A stretch of 64,000 nucleotides of DNA from a virus: the IMG/VR virus record IMGVR_UViG_3300027967_000093. The stretch is one strand, 5' to 3'. How positions within the stretch are numbered: position 1 is the first letter of the stretch; each line of letters starts with the position of its first letter. Positions 53,443 to 62,193 of this stretch are shown piece after piece. A program made the position numbers and the translations under genes. The notes under the pieces are model-generated. The model worked only from the letters and a program-made list of their open reading frames with translations. It ran no database searches and was not told where the DNA came from.

Positions 53443-56400
53443 ATGTCTACAACTTTTAGACTGAAGCGAAGTGCTGTCAAGGGTAAAGCACCCACGACAT
53501 CAAATATAGAACTAGGCGAACTGGCCATCAATACAAATGATGGTCGTCTTTTTTTTAAAACAATTGATAGTGCATCTTCCAGTTCAGTAGTAACACTTCG
53601 AGAGGTTTCTGGCGGTACGGGTATAACCGAAACCGCAGGGGAAATCTCTATCACCAATACTGGCGTATCTGCCGGAAGTGTTGGTTCATCAACCTCAATT
53701 CCTGTATTAACAGTTAATGCACAAGGTCAAATCACTGCGATTGACAGTGCAACTGTTGCGGGTGTTAATGCATTCACCTTTGATTCTGCAAGTGCGACTC
53801 TTAATATATCCACCGCAGATGGTGGTTCTTTTAATGCACGTATTGGATTGTCTTCTTTTTCTACTTCTGATTTATCAGAGGGGACTAACTTATATTGGAC
53901 TACTGCTCGTGGCGAGAGTATGTTCGATACTAGACTTGGAACCAAAACAACAGACGACCTAACTGAAGGTTCGTCTAATCTTTATTACAAAACAACTTAT
54001 TTCGATTCGGACTTAGGGGATAAAACCACCGATGACCTGACACAGGGTCAGACTAACCTCTATTATGATTCCGATAGAACTATCACTACTGCACGTCATG
54101 CAATCAGTGCAACAGGTAGTATCGCATATAATGCAACTACTGGTATAATCTCCTATGAAGAACAACCTTATAGTGGGTTTGATTCTGACTTTGGTCAGAA
54201 AACAACTACTCAATTAACCGAGGGAGATAACCTCTACTTCACTACCCAACGTGCACGTAATGTATTGTCGGTTCAGAATCCTAGTGGTGATGGAAGTCTT
54301 GCATATGATAGTGCAACAGGGGTATTGGTTTATACTGGCCCAAGTGCAAGTGAGACTCGTGCACACTTCTCTGGTGGAACTGGAGTAACAATCAGCAATG
54401 GTGAAGTTGCAATTGCACAGTCTGTCGGAACAACCGATGATGTTGTATTCGGTAAGGTAACTGTTGACTCTGCACAAATCTCTTGTTTACACTTGGACAA
54501 ACTTCCTGACGCACCTAACAGTCTGCGTGGATTATTGTATTATGATTCAGACCCTCAGAAAGGTCTGTCTTTCATTCCGACAACCAATGAGTTGGTCGAA
54601 GATGTAACTATCAACTTAGGTCAAGAAACATTAATATATGTTCATAACTTGACTGGTGCACAGATTAATAACGGTCAAGCAGTTTACATATCCGGTGTTG
54701 CGCATGGTGCGCACCCTCAAGTAACTCTTGCAAAGGCAGATGCCGCATCTACTGCAAGTCCTATCGGTCTTGCGACTATGGACATTCCTGATGGTGCGCA
54801 TGGTTATGTAACTAAAGTTGGTTTGGTTCGTGATGTAAATACTACAGGTATGACTGCGGGTGCAACTGCATATCTATCAAAAGACTCTGCGGGTGAGTGG
54901 AGTACAACTGAAGTATCTGTTGACAGTGGTTATCCTACTCACTTGGGTACAGTACTAACTGTCGGTGCACAAGGTAGTATCTTAGTTAACGTAGAAAAAG
55001 AACACTTCGAGTATCTACGTGTTCAAGACAAGATTATTACACACGATCTTGTAGCGCCAGATATCTACGGTTCGCATATTCACTTTGATGGTAAATCGCC
55101 AGGATACTATGAAGAGGGTCAGGTTTACTACGATTCTGCGAACGGTGCACTTGTAGTTAAGAATGATGTCGAAGACGTTACTCTACAGGTAGGTCAAGAA
55201 GAATGGATTCGAGTTTATAACAACTCTGGTTCAACTATCATAAATGGTACACCTGTTTATCTGTCTGGTGAAGTGGGTTCGGTTCCTTCTATTGCTACTG
55301 CCGATGCAACAGAAGCAACTTCCGCAGTAGGTCTTGCGACACATGATATCACCAATGGTAGTATCGGTTACGTCACTACTCGTGGTCTTGTTGCTGATAT
55401 TGATACACAGAACTTGACTGTTGGTGAAAAAGTACACGTTGCGGTAGGTGGCGGGTTAACTACAACTGCACCACAATATCCTTACTATCCAACCGATATG
55501 GGCATCTGTCTGATTCAAGATAGTGCACTGGGTTGTGTATACGTTGATGTTATTGACCACACGATGGAAACTATTCGTGTAACTCAAGACGCACGATTCG
55601 ATGCAAACGTGACCGTTGGTGGTAACTTAAACATTCTTGGTGTCACAACCGAAGTTCTTTCGCAGTCTCTTACAACTAGTGGTAACTTACTTCAGTTACT
55701 TGATGGTGATACTGTTGGTACTGCATATCAGAGCAGTGGTGGCCTAAACGATGCGACTTTCAAGGGTAAGTATCTGGGTGACAGTGATGTATTCTACTTT
55801 GTCCGTATGGTCTCTGTTGATTCTGCGGGTGTTGGTGACACAATCGAGTGGGGTATTTCCGACTCTGATGCGATGTCTTATGGTTCACTTGCAGGACTAT
55901 ATGGATATGGTACAGGATTTGATTCTGCGAATGGTCAAACAACTTGGAATCTGAAGACTGACGGTCTAACTGCACCTTTACGTAATGGTCTATCAATTCA
56001 GTTTATTAACTTGTCTGGTCACGATAGTGCAGACCTTTGGTGTGCACACCCAACAGAACTTAATCTTGACTTGGGTCTTATTGGTAACTACAACCAACAA
56101 AACGAACCCCTAAAGTATGCGGGTGTTGTGCGTGACGCAACAGATGAACGTTGGAAATTCTTTGACGCATATCCTGCCGCAAACGTTGACTCCTCTAGTT
56201 CTCAGTTCGATATTAACTTTGACTCTGCATCTCTTGCTGATGTTCAGTTTGCTACTGCATATGGTAACCTGTCAGGTAATGCAACTTCTGCGACCTCTGC
56301 GGTTCAACTTGCAAACTCTAGAAACTTCTCGTTGACCGGAAACATAACTTCGGCCGCAATTGGATTCAATGGTACTGGTAATGTTAGTTTAACAACAAGT

Positions 56401-56865
56401 ATTGCAAGCAATGTCATCACCAATGCGATGATTAATGCAACTGCGAATATCGCAGACACTAAACTTGCAACTATTTCGACTTCAGGTAAAGTACAGAACT
56501 CTGCAACTACTGCGACTTCTTCTAATACTGGTTCGACAATTGTTGCACGTGATATTTCTGGTAACTTTACTGCGGGTACTATTACTGCAAACTTAACTGG
56601 TGATGTTACTGGTACTGTGTCAAGTCTGTCTAACCACACATCCACAATTCGTGGGGTAATGGTTGCGGGTTCGGGTATTGCATATGACTCTGCATCTGGT
56701 GTTATTAGTACTATAGAGACGTACTCAACTCCAACCGAACTATTGACCGCAATCAAAACCGTGGACGGTGCGGGTTCTGGATTAGATGCTGACACACTAG
56801 ATGGACAACAAGGTTCACATTACAGAATTAACGTGTATAACTCTTCGGGTACACTACTTAACTAA
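53443..56865 (+). CDS. Tail fibre protein, 1140 aa
   Basis: LKRS...K.P.....GELAINT.DG.LF N-domain, T.DL.EG.NLY repeats, duplicated internal domain, DGAGSGLDADTLDG, ends VYNSSGTLLN. Confidence 0.8.
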   Translation: MSTTFRLKRSAVKGKAPTTSNIELGELAINTNDGRLFFKTIDSASSSSVVTLREVSGGTGITETAGEISITNTGVSAGSVGSSTSIPVLTVNAQGQITAIDSATVAGVNAFTFDSASATLNISTADGGSFNARIGLSSFSTSDLSEGTNLYWTTARGESMFDTRLGTKTTDDLTEGSSNLYYKTTYFDSDLGDKTTDDLTQGQTNLYYDSDRTITTARHAISATGSIAYNATTGIISYEEQPYSGFDSDFGQKTTTQLTEGDNLYFTTQRARNVLSVQNPSGDGSLAYDSATGVLVYTGPSASETRAHFSGGTGVTISNGEVAIAQSVGTTDDVVFGKVTVDSAQISCLHLDKLPDAPNSLRGLLYYDSDPQKGLSFIPTTNELVEDVTINLGQETLIYVHNLTGAQINNGQAVYISGVAHGAHPQVTLAKADAASTASPIGLATMDIPDGAHGYVTKVGLVRDVNTTGMTAGATAYLSKDSAGEWSTTEVSVDSGYPTHLGTVLTVGAQGSILVNVEKEHFEYLRVQDKIITHDLVAPDIYGSHIHFDGKSPGYYEEGQVYYDSANGALVVKNDVEDVTLQVGQEEWIRVYNNSGSTIINGTPVYLSGEVGSVPSIATADATEATSAVGLATHDITNGSIGYVTTRGLVADIDTQNLTVGEKVHVAVGGGLTTTAPQYPYYPTDMGICLIQDSALGCVYVDVIDHTMETIRVTQDARFDANVTVGGNLNILGVTTEVLSQSLTTSGNLLQLLDGDTVGTAYQSSGGLNDATFKGKYLGDSDVFYFVRMVSVDSAGVGDTIEWGISDSDAMSYGSLAGLYGYGTGFDSANGQTTWNLKTDGLTAPLRNGLSIQFINLSGHDSADLWCAHPTELNLDLGLIGNYNQQNEPLKYAGVVRDATDERWKFFDAYPAANVDSSSSQFDINFDSASLADVQFATAYGNLSGNATSATSAVQLANSRNFSLTGNITSAAIGFNGTGNVSLTTSIASNVITNAMINATANIADTKLATISTSGKVQNSATTATSSNTGSTIVARDISGNFTAGTITANLTGDVTGTVSSLSNHTSTIRGVMVAGSGIAYDSASGVISTIETYSTPTELLTAIKTVDGAGSGLDADTLDGQQGSHYRINVYNSSGTLLN

Positions 56866-56875
56866 GGTATAGAAA

Positions 56876-57637
56876 ATGGCAACTCCAGACACTAGAGACG
56901 AACTAATTGATTATTGCTTGAGAGCCTTGGGTTCTCCGGTATTGGAAATTAATGTTGCGGATGAACAAGTAGAAGACCGTGTGGACGAAGCACTACAATG
57001 GTTCCGTGAACATCATCCGGACGGTAAGAGACGGTATTATATCACCAAAGAAATCACTCAGGCAATGATTGATAATAAGTATGTCGATTTGGATACTGAG
57101 GTGATGACAGTTGTTCGAATGTTCAGAGTGGATAACGCATCTGCGTCTACCAACTTCTTTGACATAAAATATCAGATGCGATTGAATGATATTGCAGACC
57201 TAAATAGATTCAGCGGTGACATGGGATACTATGAACAGATGCAACAACATCTGTCACTGTTGGATATGAAACTAAGTGGTGAACCACAGATTACATTTGA
57301 TAGACAGGCAGATCGTGTATACTTCTATCATGATGCAGGTGACTTCACCGTAGGTAACTATGTAATATTTGAAGTATATGGTACACGTGACCCTGATACG
57401 GGTGCTAACTCTGATTATAATTCTCTGTGGAACCACAAGTTTCTCAAGGCATATACAACCGCATTGATTCGCCGTCAGTGGGGACAAAACATGTCCAAGT
57501 TCGAAGGTATGCAGTTGCCAGGCGGTGTTACTATCTCGGGTAGACAAATACTCGAAGATGCGAATACTGAAATTGAACAACTTATGACCAAGTTTAGAGA
57601 AGAAGAAGACATTGGCCCAATGTTCTTCGTGGGGTAA
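56876..57637 (+). CDS. 13: Neck protein gp13
   Basis: R.ELIDYCLRALG.PVLEINV..EQ.EDR.DEAL, Y.TALI..QWG.N..KF.G.QLPGGV. Confidence 0.92.
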   Translation: MATPDTRDELIDYCLRALGSPVLEINVADEQVEDRVDEALQWFREHHPDGKRRYYITKEITQAMIDNKYVDLDTEVMTVVRMFRVDNASASTNFFDIKYQMRLNDIADLNRFSGDMGYYEQMQQHLSLLDMKLSGEPQITFDRQADRVYFYHDAGDFTVGNYVIFEVYGTRDPDTGANSDYNSLWNHKFLKAYTTALIRRQWGQNMSKFEGMQLPGGVTISGRQILEDANTEIEQLMTKFREEEDIGPMFFVG

Positions 57638-57640
57638 AAG

Positions 57641-59383
57641 ATGGCAACAAATCCTTGGATTTCACAATCAGTACGTGCTGAACAGAATTTATATGAGGAC
57701 ATAGTAATAGAGTCCTTACAATTCTATGGTCAGGACGTATACTATTTACCTCGAGAAATTGTTAACAAGGATAAAATATTCCTTGATGACGTTCCTTCGC
57801 ATTTTTCTGACGCATATAAAATCGAGATGTATATCGAGAATGCAGAAGCGTTTGGAGGAGAGGGTGACCTCTTCTCTAAGTTTGGTGTGGAGTTGCGTGA
57901 CCAAGCAACATTTGTATGCGCACGTAGACGATGGAAGAAACTCATCGGTGACAAACTAGATGCATATAACTTCCGTCCTCGTGAAGGCGACTTAATCTAT
58001 CTTCCTTTATCACAATCAATCTTTGAGATATATAAAGTAGAGACCGAGACTCCGTTCTATCAGTTGAGTCAACTACCTACATTCAGACTTCAATGTGAAT
58101 TATTCGAATATAATGACGAAGACTTTGATACCGACATTGAAGGTATCGATGACGTTGAAGAAGAATCTGCATACCAGTACAAACTGGTTATGGAATCTCC
58201 CGCAGCATCTACTGCAACTGCATTATCACGAATTGATGTTGATGGTGCGGTAGTTGGATTTGATGTTCAGACTACAGGTAGAGGTTATGTTACTGCACCC
58301 ACATTAACTATTGGTGCAGCTTTAGGAAGTAATTCTAAGTTCGGTAATGCGTCACTTAACGTGACTCGTGGTCGAGGTTCTGAGGGTACGTATGCGCAGA
58401 CAGGTGCGCATGGTAGTATCGAAGCATGGGTATATATTAACAACCTTCCTTCATCTGGTCAAGATATTATTTTCAAAACAGGTGGTGGAGACGGTGACCT
58501 AACAAATACCTATTACTGGGGTGTTGACCCAACGGGTCAATTAGTGTATAGTAGAGGAGATAACCAAGGTGGGGGTGTAACAAATCTCACCGGAAGTTCA
58601 ATCTTATTCGAAGAAGATACTTGGCACCATATTCTTATTGCGGGTGTAGGAACTAACAACCTAGTAATCTACTTCGACTTCGTAAGAAAACTGGACGCGA
58701 CCCTCGCAGGTGTCACTTTCAACTGGGTGAGTGATGAAGGTTACTCGGTAGGTGCAACTGCTGCACGTACTGTTGATGGTATAGACTGGACTGCAATGGA
58801 CGGATTCATTGATGAGTTCCGTGTACAAGTCGGTAGTAAAGCACAGATACTCGAACCTAGATATGCGACTGTAGGTAATGATACTACTCTTACCATACAA
58901 TCAATAGAGTGGGAAGATGACGTAACTTACGATGCGAAACTACTACACTTCAATGCAATAAGTGCAACTGCAACCACAACAATCACAGATGGTGGTATAC
59001 TAGAGTCAATAGCACTTACCGAATCTGGTATATACTATGATGAAGAACCAATAGTAACTATTGATGCACCTTCTGCCGGTGGTAATTATCAACGTAATAC
59101 TATCGTAAGTCAAGACCAAGGGACATTCACCATGAAAGGTGAAGTTGCGAAATGGTCTGACTCGGACAACACGTTGTACCTAGTACACGTTGGTTCGGAC
59201 GATGGTGTATATCATACGTTTAATACAAGCAATGCGGTAGTCAGTGAGGATGCGTCCTATGCACCTTCTTTGGTACAGGAATTGCAGAACATACAACTGG
59301 CTGCATAGAACGATTTCTTCGATGACTTTGAAGGGGACTTCCTTGATTTCAGCGAGAGTAATCCATTCGGAGATATATCATAA
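57641..59383 (+). CDS. 14: Neck protein gp14 with LamG-like insertion; interrupted by in-frame TAG at 59306-59308
   Basis: EQ.L.ED..IES...YG..VYYLPR, SKFG....D, RPREGDLIY.P; conserved tail DFSESNPFG lies in frame after the TAG. Confidence 0.85.
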
Positions 59384-60165
59384 TGTTAGGAAATTGGTTT
59401 TATCATAAGAGGGTAAGAACTGCGGTATCGGTATTCGGTTCCATGTTTAATAACATCTATGTACTTCGTCAAAACTCTTCGGGAGAGACTATCTCTCAAG
59501 TTAAGGTACCTTTGTCCTACGCCCCCAAGAAGAGTTTCATCGAAAGATTAGGTGAGATGGCTAATGGTGAGGAAGCAGAACGCAGGGTTGCAATTAAACT
59601 ACCTCGTATGTCGTTCGAGATTACTTCTATGACATATGACCCAGTGAGACAACTACCCAAGATGAATTCATTCTCATCTACGGTAGGTGGTGACGCGACT
59701 AAAAAGAATCAATTCTATTCTTCTGTACCATACGATATTGGGTTTGAGGTTAATATCTACGCAAAGTCTCAGGATGATGCATTGCAGATGGTCGAACAGA
59801 TTCTACCTTACTTCAATCCTCAGTACACGATATCGGTCAAACCATTCAACACAGACCACCCAGAAATCTCCGAAGATGTACCTATTATATTGTCAGGTGT
59901 TTCTTTCAGTGATGGTTATGAGGGTTCTATCGGAGACCGAAGAACAATTATATACACTCTGTCATTCAACATGAAGATTAACTTTTATGGCCCGATGTCC
60001 ACTCGTGGTGTTATCCGTGAAGTTAATAATAACCTATATATTTTATCGGGTGATAGTGACAGGGAAGATTTCCAACTACGTTTACAAACCACACCGACAC
60101 CTGTTGGGGTTGGTGCTGACAGTGACTATGGATTCAGTACTGTATACTTGGATAGTGAATTTTAA
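59383..60165 (+). CDS. 15: Tail sheath stabiliser/terminator gp15
   Basis: FYH......FG..FNNI, KVPLSYAPK, LPRMSFE, Q.VEQILPYF.P, RR.I.YTL.F. Confidence 0.92.
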   Translation: MLGNWFYHKRVRTAVSVFGSMFNNIYVLRQNSSGETISQVKVPLSYAPKKSFIERLGEMANGEEAERRVAIKLPRMSFEITSMTYDPVRQLPKMNSFSSTVGGDATKKNQFYSSVPYDIGFEVNIYAKSQDDALQMVEQILPYFNPQYTISVKPFNTDHPEISEDVPIILSGVSFSDGYEGSIGDRRTIIYTLSFNMKINFYGPMSTRGVIREVNNNLYILSGDSDREDFQLRLQTTPTPVGVGADSDYGFSTVYLDSEF

Positions 60166-60509
60166 TGACAGATAAAAAGATGGATGACGATTACGAGTTT
60201 TCTCGTGACGTTTATTATGACCTAATCGAAAAGGGTAGAGATGGTATCGAAGAGATGTTGGAACTGGCAAAACAGTCCGAACATCCTCGTGCGTTCGAAG
60301 TTCTGTCCGGTATGATTAAAAACGTATCGGATGTTTCTGACCGTCTGATGGCATTGAATAAAACAAAGAAACAAATCGAACAACTAGACAAACCAAAAGA
60401 ACTACCTAACGGTACGACCAATAATAATATATTCATTGGGTCTACAACTGAACTACAACGATTCCTACACAATGAAAAACAAGTGATTCCTCATGACGAC
60501 TCAGACTAA
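60165..60509 (+). CDS. 16: Terminase small subunit gp16
   Basis: DY..SR....LIEKG, A..SEHPRAFEV, NNN.FIGST.ELQ. Confidence 0.9.
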   Translation: MTDKKMDDDYEFSRDVYYDLIEKGRDGIEEMLELAKQSEHPRAFEVLSGMIKNVSDVSDRLMALNKTKKQIEQLDKPKELPNGTTNNNIFIGSTTELQRFLHNEKQVIPHDDSD

Positions 60510-62106
60510 GGAATCGTATCTTGGAAACCCCCAAGTTAAACGAGATGGGGTTGCCGAGGAATGGACAGAAGAGAAAATAAAAGAGTACCAGAAGTGTATG
60601 GGTGATGCCGCATACTTTTGTCGTACATATGTAAAGGTGGTGCATCTTGACCGTGGTCTGGTTAACTTCGATCTATATCCATATCAAGAAAAAATGTTCG
60701 ACCATTTCGATGAGAATAGGTTTTCTATTGTACTCGCTTGTAGACAATCTGGCAAGTCTATTTCTTCGGTTGGTTACCTCCTTTGGTTTGCTTGTTTCCA
60801 TTCTGAGAAAACTATTGCAGTCCTTGCAAACAAAGGTGCAACAGCACGAGAGATGCTCGCACGTGTTACACTCATGCTCGAGAATCTACCATTTTTTCTC
60901 CAGCCAGGTTGTAAAGCCCTTAACAAGGGTTCTATTGAATTCTCTAATAATAGTCGTATCATCGCTGCTGCTACTTCTGGGTCTTCTATTCGTGGTATGT
61001 CTGTCAATCTTCTATTTCTTGATGAGTTTGCGTTCGTAGATAATGCGACAGAATTCTATACTTCTACATACCCTGTAGTATCTTCTGGTAAAGACACCAA
61101 GGTAATCATCACATCTACCGCAAACGGTATCGGTAATCAGTTCGAGAAGATCTGGACAGGTGCAGTACAAGGTACCAATGAATACAAACCATTCCGAGTG
61201 GATTGGTGGGACGTGCCTGGCCGTGACGAGAAATGGAAGAATGAAACCATTTCGAATACATCTCAGTTACAGTTCGATCAGGAATTCGGCAATACTTTTT
61301 TCGGTACGGGTGATACCTTAATCAGTGCAGAAACACTGATGTCATTACGTGCAGTTCCATACAAAAATCAGTATGAAGGTGGTAGTGTTCTAATATATAA
61401 TGAACCCATCAAAGACCATGAATATATCATGACAGTTGATGTGTCGAAGGGAAGAGGACAGGATTATTCTACGTTTAACGTAATCGATATTACCGAGAGA
61501 CCATTTAAACAGGTCGCCGTGTATCGCAACAATACTATTTCTCCATTGCTCTTTCCTAATATTATATATAAGTATGCAACTCTCTACAATGAATCATGGG
61601 TTGTTGTTGAATCGAATGACCAAGGGACTGTAGTATGTAATGGTTTATATTATGATTTAGAATATGAGAATCTCCACACTTCCAGTGCAACCAAAGCAAA
61701 CGCACTCGGTATAGAAATGACTCGTAAGGTCAAACGTCTAGGTTGTTCTGCTATCAAGGACATTATCGAGACGGGTAAACTTGACATATACGATGAACAG
61801 ACCATACTAGAGATATCTACATTCATCGGTAAGGGACAATCATACGAAGCCTCAGATGGTAACCATGACGATCTCATGATGAATTTGGTTATGTTTGGTT
61901 ACTTTGTGTCTACACAGTTCTTTGCAGATATGACAGATATAAATCTCAAACAAATGATGTTTGAAGAAAAGATGCAAGCAATTCAAGATGATATTGTTCC
62001 GTTCGGGTATATTGATGATGGTTCGGATTACATCGAAGAACAGAATACTACCCATCACAATCAAGGATGGCACCAGATGGACACTGTAATCGACCGCGAC
62101 TGGTAA
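60493..62106 (+). CDS. 17: Terminase large subunit gp17
   Basis: YLGNP..K, RQSGKS, LDEFAF, STANG, DVS.GRG.DYS, HDDL.M. Confidence 0.97.
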   Translation: MTTQTKESYLGNPQVKRDGVAEEWTEEKIKEYQKCMGDAAYFCRTYVKVVHLDRGLVNFDLYPYQEKMFDHFDENRFSIVLACRQSGKSISSVGYLLWFACFHSEKTIAVLANKGATAREMLARVTLMLENLPFFLQPGCKALNKGSIEFSNNSRIIAAATSGSSIRGMSVNLLFLDEFAFVDNATEFYTSTYPVVSSGKDTKVIITSTANGIGNQFEKIWTGAVQGTNEYKPFRVDWWDVPGRDEKWKNETISNTSQLQFDQEFGNTFFGTGDTLISAETLMSLRAVPYKNQYEGGSVLIYNEPIKDHEYIMTVDVSKGRGQDYSTFNVIDITERPFKQVAVYRNNTISPLLFPNIIYKYATLYNESWVVVESNDQGTVVCNGLYYDLEYENLHTSSATKANALGIEMTRKVKRLGCSAIKDIIETGKLDIYDEQTILEISTFIGKGQSYEASDGNHDDLMMNLVMFGYFVSTQFFADMTDINLKQMMFEEKMQAIQDDIVPFGYIDDGSDYIEEQNTTHHNQGWHQMDTVIDRDW

Positions 62107-62119
62107 AGAACTGGTTTGT

Positions 62120-62127
62120 TATAAATA
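62120..62127 (+). promoter_or_regulatory. Late promoter TATAAATA
   Basis: Exact consensus upstream of gp18. Confidence 0.75.
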
Positions 62128-62193
62128 AAGGTATTGAATATAACCGTATTATGATTCTCGTATTATTCGTTAACGAAAACAAAGGAAAATGCT

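Noticed and set aside
51379-56865. Diversity-generating retroelement targeting the fibres
   Set aside because: No reverse transcriptase and no TR/VR pair differing at adenines was seen in the window.
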